From Abditibacteriaceae bacterium (GTDB lineage: Bacteria > Armatimonadota > Abditibacteriia > Abditibacteriales > Abditibacteriaceae), in the NCBI GenBank assembly GCA_031372065.1, contig JANMKN010000269.1, positions 1-16,560 on the forward strand: DNA of 16,560 bases, read 5' to 3'. The translations under genes and the position numbers were made by a program. The notes below the pieces were generated by a model. It was not told where the DNA came from, did no database searches, and saw only the letters and a list, made by a program, of their open reading frames with translations. Shown here in pieces: positions 8,297 through 16,220 of the stretch; within the stretch, counting starts at the first letter, position 1; each line of letters starts with the position of its first letter.

Positions 8297-9682
8297 TCAC
8301 AGCAGGCGGCCTAAACGTGCGCCCTGATAAGTCGCTTGTTCCACGCCCTGCGGAAAGTTTGCGTCGCCGATGACGTGGACTTCAAAATCATGCCCGCGTA
8401 GCTGCGCCGCTAAATCGTTGACAGCGCGCGAACCGACGGCGCCCACCAACGTGTCAACGCCTTCTAAAATTGTTTCCGCGCCGGTTTGCACGTCGCGCAA
8501 GCGCAGCGCTCCGTTCCATTCGGCGACATCGTGCGCGGGCCAGAAGCGCACGCCGCGCTCTTGAAAACGGCGCGTCCATTCGTCCAGCGACCAATGTTCC
8601 ATCAGCGGGCCGACCGAAGCGAGCGGCGTGACGAACTCGACTTGCACGCCGCGCGACGACAACACGTCCGTCGCCACAAAGGGGCGCATGAAGCCTTCGC
8701 GGTCTAAAATCACGGCGTAATTTGCGTCTTGCGCTCCGCCGTGAATAACTTCGTGAACCGTCAGTGCCGTGCGGCCTCCGGGCACTTCGGCGCGCAGCGG
8801 AATGGAGCCGGTGGCGACGATTACGGCGTCCGGTTGCAGCGCGATGACGGTTTCGGCATCGGCTTCGACGCCCAAACGCACCTCGAAAGCGCCCTTGCGC
8901 GCCTGACGCTCGTAGAACTCGGCGATGCGCGCCCACGGTTCGCGCGACGGGCTGGCTGCGCCCGTCCAGATTTGCCCGCCCACGCGCGCGGCGCGTTCTA
9001 AAACTATCACTTCATGGCCGCGTGCCGCTGCCGTGACCGCCGCTTCCATGCCCGCCGGCCCGCCTCCGATAATCACAATGCGCCGCCGCGTCGTCGCCGG
9101 TTGCAGCGTCGCCCATTGCGTTTCGCGGCTGGTGACGGGGTTATAAACGCACGTCATCAGGTGCATTTTGTGGTGGCAGCCTTGCAAACAGCGCGTGCAA
9201 TAACGAATGTCGTCCAGACGATTCTCGAAGACTTTGCGCGCGAACTGGCCGTCGGCGATGTGCGCTTTGGTCATGCACACCACATCCACCGCACCCTCGC
9301 TTACAGCGGCTTCGGCCATTTCGGGCGTCATAACGCGACCCGCGTGCATCACAATCAGTTTGGTGCCGGCGCGCAGAGATTTTACAAGCGGCAGCCATTC
9401 GCCTTCGGGTCGCGGCGTCGGGCCGTGATGAAAGCGCGCGTCGCCGGGCCAGAGAATATTAGCCGGCACGCTGCATTCGAGCAACTGCACCCGCACCTTG
9501 CCGTTTTCACTGAAAGTCTTATTGCCACTGATGTTGAAGACCTGTTCGGCGAAGAACGAACCGCCCTGACCATCAGGCCCCCAGCACCAGGGCATCGGCC
9601 AACACCAAGCCGGGGCGGTAAACAAAGTCAAAACAGCGCCCACAAGCAGCGCCCGCATTGTATTTTTCATTCTACACGTCAT
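8297..9682 (-). CDS. Chimeric ORF: N-terminus of a secreted protein (~aa 1-81) fused to an N-terminally truncated OYE/2,4-dienoyl-CoA reductase-type FMN/FAD/Fe-S oxidoreductase; likely pseudogene
   Basis: RBS AAGGAG (9689-9694) precedes ATG 9682, followed by signal peptide ALLVGAVLTLFTAPAWC. From about 9440 the sequence shows the OYE barrel end (AGRVMTPEMAEAAVSEGAVDVVCMTKAHIAD), Fe-S motif CTRCLQGC...CVYNP, Rossmann IIGGGPAGMEAA, DAVIVATGS and VIGDA. Most of the TIM barrel is absent. Confidence 0.8.
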   Translation of the reverse strand: MTCRMKNTMRALLVGAVLTLFTAPAWCWPMPWCWGPDGQGGSFFAEQVFNISGNKTFSENGKVRVQLLECSVPANILWPGDARFHHGPTPRPEGEWLPLVKSLRAGTKLIVMHAGRVMTPEMAEAAVSEGAVDVVCMTKAHIADGQFARKVFENRLDDIRYCTRCLQGCHHKMHLMTCVYNPVTSRETQWATLQPATTRRRIVIIGGGPAGMEAAVTAAARGHEVIVLERAARVGGQIWTGAASPSREPWARIAEFYERQARKGAFEVRLGVEADAETVIALQPDAVIVATGSIPLRAEVPGGRTALTVHEVIHGGAQDANYAVILDREGFMRPFVATDVLSSRGVQVEFVTPLASVGPLMEHWSLDEWTRRFQERGVRFWPAHDVAEWNGALRLRDVQTGAETILEGVDTLVGAVGSRAVNDLAAQLRGHDFEVHVIGDANFPQGVEQATYQGARLGRLL

Positions 9683-9723
9683 ACATCACTCCTTTTGGTT
9701 CTTCCCTTTCATCTCGTCCAAAC

Positions 9724-10941
9724 TCATTTTTCCGATTCCTGTTTGAACTGCGTCGAAAGTCGCGGCACCAGATGGCTGCACAGGCGAACCTGCGTGCTCG
9801 TCACGTTGCCGCGCAAGCGTTGCAACAACAAACGCGCCGCTTCGGCGCCCAAATCTTCGAGCGGCGGGCGCAAACTCGTCAGTCCCAGCACACGCGAGCG
9901 CGGCGCGTCGTCGAAGCCGATGACCGCGAAATCTCGTCCCATCTTGCGCCGCTTTCCATGCACCTTGTCCAACAGCCGGTGCGCCACGTCATCGTGCGCC
10001 GCGATAACGCCCACGCGCGGCGATTTTTTGCGCGGCGGCGCCATTAACTCGCGCGCGAATGTTTCGATAACCAGCTCGATGTCTTCCGCCCACCTAACTG
10101 GCAAAGTGCCGCTGGGATATTCGGTGAGAACTTCCGGCGTAAGTCCGGCGGCGGAGACGGCCAAACGTGCGCCGACAATGCGTTGGCGCGCCCAATCAGC
10201 GTCAAAGGGCGCCAAAAAAATGAGTTGCTCACAGCCGTTTTGCAACAAATGCTGCGCTGCCTGATAGCCCGCGTAATGGTTGTCGTAAAAGACGTGTGGA
10301 ACGGGGGCGCGCAAATCGTCCCACGAAATTAAAACTGCCGGCACACGTTCGATATCCACGGCGCTCATCACTCGCTCGGCGAAATGATTCGCATCGTAAT
10401 CATAGATGCTGAAAAACGCGAACGCTTCGGCGCCCTGCTTGGTGAGTTCCTCCACCGCCTGCGCCATCGTTTTAGGTGCTTGATTAGGCGTCTGGCCGCG
10501 CAAGGGAAGCAAATTTGATAGAAACAATCGTGCGCCGCCCGCTGCCGCTGTGCGCTCGAAGGATTCTAAAATCGTCAGCGTCCAATCGTCGGCGCTGTCG
10601 GGATCGAACCCGGCCACAATGCCGATGGACGCCGACGTAAAGGCACGCAGTTCTTCGGTAGAGGCTCTAACGCGAGAGGCGCTATCGCGCGATGTGTTCT
10701 CAGATTCAACCACGAACGTGCCGCGCCGATTGTCGGTGCGAAGCACACCATCGCGCACTAAATCGGTGATGGCCTGATGGACGGAGCCGACCGACACCCC
10801 ATATTCCCCAGCCAGTTGCTTGCAGCCGGGGATTAAGGCGCCTGGTGGCCACTGGCCCTGCCCAATGCGCTTTTGCAAGTCCGCCTGAATGCGCTCATGG
10901 ATACGCACCGTCGAGAAACGCCGATGTGACGAAACTTTCAT
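9724..10941 (-). CDS. GntR-family winged-HTH regulator with LacI-type sugar-binding domain (AraR-like architecture)
   Basis: HTH GQWPPGALIPGCKQLAGEYGVSVGSVHQAITDLVRDGVLRTDNRRGTFV; sensor motifs VFYDNHYAGYQAAQHLLQNG, FAVIGFDD and LTSLRPPLEDLGAEAARLL. ATG at 10941 is preferred over TTG 11007, which lies in the promoter region. Confidence 0.93.
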   Translation of the reverse strand: MKVSSHRRFSTVRIHERIQADLQKRIGQGQWPPGALIPGCKQLAGEYGVSVGSVHQAITDLVRDGVLRTDNRRGTFVVESENTSRDSASRVRASTEELRAFTSASIGIVAGFDPDSADDWTLTILESFERTAAAGGARLFLSNLLPLRGQTPNQAPKTMAQAVEELTKQGAEAFAFFSIYDYDANHFAERVMSAVDIERVPAVLISWDDLRAPVPHVFYDNHYAGYQAAQHLLQNGCEQLIFLAPFDADWARQRIVGARLAVSAAGLTPEVLTEYPSGTLPVRWAEDIELVIETFARELMAPPRKKSPRVGVIAAHDDVAHRLLDKVHGKRRKMGRDFAVIGFDDAPRSRVLGLTSLRPPLEDLGAEAARLLLQRLRGNVTSTQVRLCSHLVPRLSTQFKQESEK

Positions 10942-10975
10942 GGTTATTTGAACAACTATTCGGAAATTAAGATAG

Positions 10976-11004
10976 ACTTTACACCACTCGGAACAAGTGG
11001 ACAA
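10976..11004 (-). promoter_or_regulatory. Candidate sigma70-type promoter for the regulator
   Basis: Minus strand TTGTCC-17 bp-TAAAGT, 35 bp upstream of the ATG, in an AT-rich stretch. Overlaps a short dyad CCACT-N7-AGTGG (10984-11000). Confidence 0.4.
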
Positions 11005-11211
11005 CAATAACGAACTGGCATATTACGCACCCAACGGCGGTTTCAAGCGAATCGCGCGGATGGTCTGCTACGAGACCTCTCAGAAATGGTCTTTCCGAGA
11101 GCGAACATCGGAGCCGGACAACACCTTGCTGTCGAAACCTGTCTTCGAGAAACAAGTCTGCGAACCAGCTATTCGACAACTTCGAGGGCACGCATTTTCA
11201 CGATGCAGGCT

Positions 11212-11408
11212 TTAGAGTGAGGTGCTGTCCGGCTCCGATTTCATCTGCGTCCATTCCACCGACAGGGATGGCGGCGCGAGCTTTACATCGGACGGCATGG
11301 CAAAGGACATACAAAGTGGATGCAGCGCCCCGTTCGTCTCACGTAACTGCGCGGTGACTGTGTAAACCCCGGCGGGTATATCGTCGTAGGAAACCATGTG
11401 CCCAACTA
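11212..11408 (-). pseudogene. Possible C-terminal remnant of a beta-sandwich (carboxypeptidase regulatory-like) protein
   Basis: VSYDDIPAGVYTVTAQL resembles the 'F.dvpaG.Ytlta' strand motif. It begins directly after the stop of the adjacent remnant. Confidence 0.3.
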
Positions 11409-11892
11409 TCAGCGCAGCACGGCGCGCAGGGCCTGTATGCGGCTGTTGTCGGGCTGGCCATCGGCGCCGCGCGTGGGCATCAGCCAGCCGCCTTCGTCGT
11501 TTTCGTTCCAGGCGTAAATCAAAATGGCGTTGCTGGGATTGATGTCCCGGTTGGCGTTCGTCCACGTCACGGCGTTTTTAAGGTGCGCGGCCAGTTGTGC
11601 GGGCGTGGCGGTGGCAGCGTCGCGCAGAGGTGTTTGCTGCGCGGGCGGCGTGGGGTTGGGATCGGCTTGCACCCAATTAATCCACGGCGGCGGGTTTTCC
11701 ATGCGCGGGCGCGTGTCCCAGCCGCTGGTGGCGAAGGTCACACAGAGAATTTTCAGGAGACGGCAGGTCTCCCAACGGCCTTGCTCCACGCCTTTGACTA
11801 AATCGCCGAAGCTCGGCGGCTGCTTATTATAGGCACCGTGCGCGCCGTAAGCCGAAAGTGCGCCTTCAAATCCCGATAGCAAGCGCGAGTTC
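11409..11892 (-). pseudogene. C-terminal remnant of a WbsX/GH99-like domain protein
   Basis: Motifs GFEGALSAY, SGWDTRPR and ILIYAWNENDEGGWLMP. The N-terminal part is absent; the remnant begins immediately after the TAA of the beta-helix gene. Confidence 0.75.
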
Positions 11893-13287
11893 TTAACGCT
11901 TCCGCTCCGTCTTCCAGCCGTCCACTTTCATCTCGTCGTCCACGCCGCACCCGAATTTCAACGGCTGCTCCAGTCCGGCGGGCGCGCCGGTTTGCTTGTT
12001 GGCATAACGCGCGATGTCGGTCACGTTGGTGAGGCGGTTGTTTTCCACTACAGCGCCGCCGCTCGCGTCGTTGCGGAACAGTGGGCGTGGCGTGCCGATG
12101 CACTCGATGATGTTGTCCGTGAATTGGAACGTCGCAAAGTCGCTTTTCTCGTTGAAGCCGAACAGCCCTTCGGTGCGCGGCGTTTTGGTGGTGCGGGCGA
12201 TGATGTGATTGTTCCGCACTTCGAGCTGCGCGTAAGGCTCGTTCATCCACATCACGCCGCGACCGGGATTGTTCACGAGGTTGTTGTGAAATTTCGCCGG
12301 GCCTTTCGCCGCCACATCGCCAAACGCCGAGATGAGATTTCCGCCGTCGCTCGCGGCGTCGAAGTCGAAAAGGTTGTAGTCTATTTCCACGCCGTTGCGC
12401 ACAAACTCGATGGAGTAGCTGTCGCGAAAATAGTTGTGGTGAAGATGAAACGTGCGCCCGCTTTTCGGCACCGGGCCACCCGCATATTTGGGGATGGAGA
12501 CGGCGGAGAGCAGGATGTTATGTTCAATCTCCACATCTTCATCGCCCTCGAACGGCAGCTCGATGGAGAAGCCCGCCTCGATGGTGTTGTGATGAATGTG
12601 GACGCGCCGCGCCTCTCGTCCTTTGATGCCGTAGTAGTGTTCGTTCGGCGCAGTCTTGGTGACGAGAAAGCGGTTGTTCCAGATCTCCGTATCGCTCATC
12701 CAGATGGCGAAAATGCCGCCGCCCGTGATGCCGCCTTTCACGCCGGGCTTGCCATTGTCCCACCGCTGCCCGGCGTCCACGAACGTGCAGTCGTGAATCT
12801 TCACCCGCTTCATCGCGTAAGTGCGGATGCCACTATACATGAAGTCCTCGATGCGGAGGTCATGGAAGTCCAGTCCCTCGTTGCCGAAGCCAAAAATCGC
12901 GCCGTGCATCTGTGGCCCGGTGAGCGTGAGGTGCGACACGGTGATGTCCTTCGCATCTTGCGCGCAGCGGATGAGATAGCCTGTGCGGTCGAACTTTTGG
13001 TGATTCGTTTCCGGGTCCGGCAGCGTCGCGGGATTCGCGTTCCAGTCCGGCGCGTGCGTGATGATGGTCTTGCCGATGCCCGCGCCTTTGAGCGTCACGC
13101 CCGTTTTCAAATCCAGCGGCTGCGTCAGCTTGAAAGTGCCCGCCGCCAGTTCAATCACCGCGCCGTTTTTCGCCTCGGCCACTGTCGTGACGAGCGCCTC
13201 CACGGAAGCGACGCGTTGCGCGCAGGCGGAAGTCGCCATCATGAGCAGTGCGACGAGTGAAAGACTGCGATGAGTAAGGTATTTCAT
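11893..13287 (-). CDS. Secreted right-handed parallel beta-helix (pectin-lyase-like fold) protein, 464 aa
   Basis: Own signal peptide MKYLTHRSLSLVALLMMATSACA from ATG 13287. Cap motif GAVIELAAGTFKLTQPLDLKTGVTLKGAGIGKTII and repeats IHDCTF, IWNNRF, IHHNTI, IEHNIL, LHHNYF, FHNNLV. The extra 75 aa in the ORF track come from a different gene. Confidence 0.85.
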   Translation of the reverse strand: MKYLTHRSLSLVALLMMATSACAQRVASVEALVTTVAEAKNGAVIELAAGTFKLTQPLDLKTGVTLKGAGIGKTIITHAPDWNANPATLPDPETNHQKFDRTGYLIRCAQDAKDITVSHLTLTGPQMHGAIFGFGNEGLDFHDLRIEDFMYSGIRTYAMKRVKIHDCTFVDAGQRWDNGKPGVKGGITGGGIFAIWMSDTEIWNNRFLVTKTAPNEHYYGIKGREARRVHIHHNTIEAGFSIELPFEGDEDVEIEHNILLSAVSIPKYAGGPVPKSGRTFHLHHNYFRDSYSIEFVRNGVEIDYNLFDFDAASDGGNLISAFGDVAAKGPAKFHNNLVNNPGRGVMWMNEPYAQLEVRNNHIIARTTKTPRTEGLFGFNEKSDFATFQFTDNIIECIGTPRPLFRNDASGGAVVENNRLTNVTDIARYANKQTGAPAGLEQPLKFGCGVDDEMKVDGWKTERKR

Positions 13288-13308
13288 AGCGAGTTGGAGT
13301 GTTGCGGT

Positions 13309-13512
13309 AGTGAAATGCGGCACGTCCATGCCTTCGGGCCGCGCGCCGGGTGGCAGCGCCGCCAATTTGCGCTCGAAGTGCGCCTTTAGCTTTGCAAACT
13401 TCGCGTCGAAAAACACCGGCGCGTTGAAAATCAAAAAGCCTTCGCTGCGAAAACTTTCGACTTGCGCCGCCGAAAGGCGCGGGTGGGCTGTGGTTTCGTT
13501 GGTGAGAGTCAT
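13309..13512 (-). pseudogene. N-terminal remnant (68 aa) of a phytanoyl-CoA dioxygenase (PhyH) family protein
   Basis: RBS AAGGA before ATG 13512. RLSAAQVESFRSEGFLIF is the PhyH N-terminal signature; similarity ends at MDVPHFT, before the HxD motif. Confidence 0.8.
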
Positions 13513-13526
13513 GTGGTTCCTTGAAT

Positions 13527-13551
13527 GCGCTTTTCATTTTGCCAAAAGCGC
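13527..13551. other. Intergenic hairpin
   Basis: GCGCTTTT-N9-AAAAGCGC, an 8-bp perfect stem between the 13555 stop and the PhyH RBS. No U-tract, so not a clear terminator. Confidence 0.45.
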
Positions 13552-13554
13552 CAA

Positions 13555-16176
13555 TCAGCGGCGCTTTTTCGGCACGAACTCCACGTTGTCCAAATAAAAC
13601 ACCGATGGCCCGTCGGTCATGGACATCACGACGACGCAGTTAAGCGTCGCGAACTTCGGCGCGCAGGCCAGCGCCTTGAAAGCGCGCGGCGCGGCGCCCG
13701 GCAGGCGCACGCTTAAATCGTAGTGGCCGGTGGCGGCCTTGCCGAGCGCGCAATCCACGTCAATCCGCACCCATTGGCCCGGCGGCAACTGCAAGAGGCG
13801 CTTGCCGTTGGCCGACAAATTTCCTTCGGCATCGGTCGAAAGATTCGGGCCGAGGTTGTATTGATAGGGGTCGTCGCGCCATTCGTAGACCAGCAGCGCG
13901 CCGCGTTCCCAACGCAAATCGAACCCGGCGTGCAGCGCGCCTTCGTCCTGTTCCAGAAGGTAGGTGACATACGGCTCGTAGGCGGCTTTTTGACCGGCGG
14001 CGTCGGTGATTTTCAGGCTGCGCCTGCCACCCGCCGCCGTTTCTTCGGTGACGGCGACGCTGCTTTTGCCGCCGCCGGTGCCGACGTTGGCGTGGCGTTC
14101 GCTTTCGCCCAATGCGTAGTCTTCGTAATCGCGCCGCGCCGCCTGCCGGGGACGCTGCTCCTCTTTTGGTTTGTAATCGCCGACTTCGCGCACCACTTTG
14201 GTTTCGGGCCGCACTTGCGGGCGTTCAGCGCTTTTGTAAAGGCCGGCGTTGGTTATATCAATCGGCGCGATGCCGAGTTTCAGCGCGGGCGAATTGGGTT
14301 GCAGGCGATAATCGCGCCGCGCGGCATTCATGAACAGTGAGTCGCCGATTTGCGAGCCTTTGTCCTGCCCCGTCGCCTGCCACTGCGCCCACGCGCCTTT
14401 TTGTTTGAAGCCGCTCACGCCCTGCAATCGCGGCCCATCCGCGCCCCGCACGAACACGAAGTTGTTGGCGAAAGTCACGAACTCCGGCTTGAAACCGTTC
14501 AGCGTGTAAAGGCTGGCCGGTGAGTCGTATGCGAAGATATTTCGCTCGCAGCGGTTGCCGGAAATAACGTATTCCGGCCACGGATTGAACTGAATTTGGT
14601 TTTCTTTGCCGTCGGCGAACACGTTGTTCTCCACAACGTTGTTTTGGCCGCAATTGAGCATGAAACCGCCTAAAACGGTGTTCCAAACCACGTTGTTATC
14701 CACGCGCCAGTTGCTGCAATGTAGGTCGAGATAAATGCCCCAAGAAAAATGAGGAAACGCGAACACGCCGTCGTTGCCCGGCCCCCAACCGCCCGCGTCG
14801 TGCAGCAGATTGTGATGGATGCGGTTGCCTTTGTTGAAAAGCTGGTCGCGCTCGGCCTGTTTTTCGATGCTCATGCCCCAATCGAGCGCGGTGGCGGCTT
14901 CGATAATGCCCGTATCGCTGGTGGTTTGGTTCATGTCGTGGCCGTAGTTGTAGGCGATTTCGCAATCGTTGCCCACATCCATGCCGATGGCGTAGCGTGG
15001 GCCATCGTGGACGCGGTTGTGCGTCACTTTCACACGCGCGCAGCGATGCATATAAACGCCGCCGCAGCGGTTGTGAATATAGCCCCAGCCGAAATCGTAA
15101 ATATAATTGTTGTCCACAACGTGGTCGCTGACGCGTTCGTGATCGAGCGACGTGCCGATGATGCTTACGCCGTCGCCTTGGGTTTGCGTGATGTCGCAGC
15201 CGACCACGCGACAGCTTCGCGTGTTGTCGCCGATATACACGCCCACGCCGACGTTGGCGATGTCGCACGACAGCACGGCGTTGCCGCGCGCGTTTTGCAT
15301 CAGCACGGCGTTGCCGCGACAATCGCGCAGCGCCACGCCACGCAGCGTGATGTTTTGCGCGGGCGCGTTTTCACTGCCGCGAACGACGAAAAGCGATTCC
15401 AGCGCCGGAACGCTAACTTCTGCGCGGTTCGGATCGCCGCCGGGCGGATAAAAATACAGCGTTTTGCTTTCGGCGTCGGCATACCATTCGCCGGGCGCGT
15501 CCAACTCTTCCAACAAGCCGCAAACGTAAAACGGGCAGCCCGGAGCGAGTTTGTAGACGCCTTTGTCGGCTTCGAGCGTGCGATTCGGCAAGTCAATGCT
15601 CTTGATATTGGCCCACGTTTGCTCGTAGTTTACCGAGTCGTGAAACACCATCATCGCGCGCTGCGTGTGCGTCCACTTGGCCGGGTCAAGTTCGCCCGCA
15701 CGGTATTGAAACTTGGTTTTCGTGTCGGCCTCGGCCATGCCCGCGTTGCTCAAAAAGCTGCCGCGCCGCGGATTTTTCGGGTCGAAGTTGGGCACGCGTG
15801 CCCAACTTTGCCGCGCGCCGCGCAAATACAACTCGCGAAAATCATAATCGGGCAAATCTAACTTGCTTAAATCGGCCTGCCAAATTTTGCCGCGCCACGG
15901 TTTCCAATTCGTCACGCGCCGCCCGCCGCTGATGGTCACGTTCTCGCGCGGCGAGGCTTCGATAGTCAGGCCGTTGTCGCGCGCGTCCAATTCCAGCGGG
16001 CGCGACAAAAAATAAGTGCCGCCGCGCAAAATAATGCGATGCGGCCCCGGCGTGGCTCGTGCGGCGTCGCGCGCTTTTTCCAAAGCGTTTTCCTGCGGCG
16101 CGACGACGAAATCGGCGGCGACGGCGTGAACGGTCAGAGTCAGCAATGTGGCGAAAATCGGTGGAATGAGTCTCAT
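13555..16176 (-). CDS. Secreted right-handed beta-helix protein (GH141-like architecture) with a C-terminal jelly-roll/CBM-like domain, 873 aa
   Basis: Signal peptide MRLIPPIFATLLTLTVHAVA; motifs IILRGGTYFLSRPLEL, TISGGRRV, LLEELDAPGEWY, RIHHNLLHD, WGIYLD and DYRLQPNSPALKLG. The C-terminal domain has AAGGRRSLKITD...FYLDNVEF. Confidence 0.9.
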   Translation of the reverse strand: MRLIPPIFATLLTLTVHAVAADFVVAPQENALEKARDAARATPGPHRIILRGGTYFLSRPLELDARDNGLTIEASPRENVTISGGRRVTNWKPWRGKIWQADLSKLDLPDYDFRELYLRGARQSWARVPNFDPKNPRRGSFLSNAGMAEADTKTKFQYRAGELDPAKWTHTQRAMMVFHDSVNYEQTWANIKSIDLPNRTLEADKGVYKLAPGCPFYVCGLLEELDAPGEWYADAESKTLYFYPPGGDPNRAEVSVPALESLFVVRGSENAPAQNITLRGVALRDCRGNAVLMQNARGNAVLSCDIANVGVGVYIGDNTRSCRVVGCDITQTQGDGVSIIGTSLDHERVSDHVVDNNYIYDFGWGYIHNRCGGVYMHRCARVKVTHNRVHDGPRYAIGMDVGNDCEIAYNYGHDMNQTTSDTGIIEAATALDWGMSIEKQAERDQLFNKGNRIHHNLLHDAGGWGPGNDGVFAFPHFSWGIYLDLHCSNWRVDNNVVWNTVLGGFMLNCGQNNVVENNVFADGKENQIQFNPWPEYVISGNRCERNIFAYDSPASLYTLNGFKPEFVTFANNFVFVRGADGPRLQGVSGFKQKGAWAQWQATGQDKGSQIGDSLFMNAARRDYRLQPNSPALKLGIAPIDITNAGLYKSAERPQVRPETKVVREVGDYKPKEEQRPRQAARRDYEDYALGESERHANVGTGGGKSSVAVTEETAAGGRRSLKITDAAGQKAAYEPYVTYLLEQDEGALHAGFDLRWERGALLVYEWRDDPYQYNLGPNLSTDAEGNLSANGKRLLQLPPGQWVRIDVDCALGKAATGHYDLSVRLPGAAPRAFKALACAPKFATLNCVVVMSMTDGPSVFYLDNVEFVPKKRR

Positions 16177-16187
16177 GATTTACATTT

Positions 16188-16209
16188 GCAGGCGGGACGC
16201 CCGCGCTCC
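16188..16209 (-). repeat. REP-like extragenic palindrome
   Basis: Minus strand GGAG-C-GCGGGCG-TCC-CGCCTGC: a GGAG tetranucleotide followed by a GC-rich hairpin in the intergenic gap. It resembles the GCGGGCGGGACGCCCGCGCTCC-type repeat I recall from GC-rich bacteria. Confidence 0.65.
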
Positions 16210-16220
16210 ATGCGGTGTCG

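Noticed and set aside
9014..10264. 416-aa + strand ORF
   Set aside because: Antisense shadow of the oxidoreductase and regulator genes; Arg/Ala-rich with no motifs.
10997..11215. 72-aa + strand ORF, including QLRGHAF similar to QLRGHDF of the oxidoreductase tail
   Set aside because: No recognisable family, it overlaps the candidate promoter, and the similarity does not extend beyond 5-7 residues.
11209..11218. TTTAGAGT matching the IS5 junction at 16417-16424
   Set aside because: The match ends after 8 nt; the rest of the terminal repeat is absent.
11395..11406. GTTGGGC-AC-ATG, resembling an integron core site before an ORF
   Set aside because: No RYYYAAC inverse core, attC palindrome or integrase is visible; a 7-mer alone is not evidence.
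11992..13260. 422-aa + strand ORF
   Set aside because: Antisense shadow of the beta-helix gene, as expected in high-GC coding DNA.
14749..15861. 370-aa + strand ORF
   Set aside because: Antisense shadow of the 873-aa beta-helix gene.
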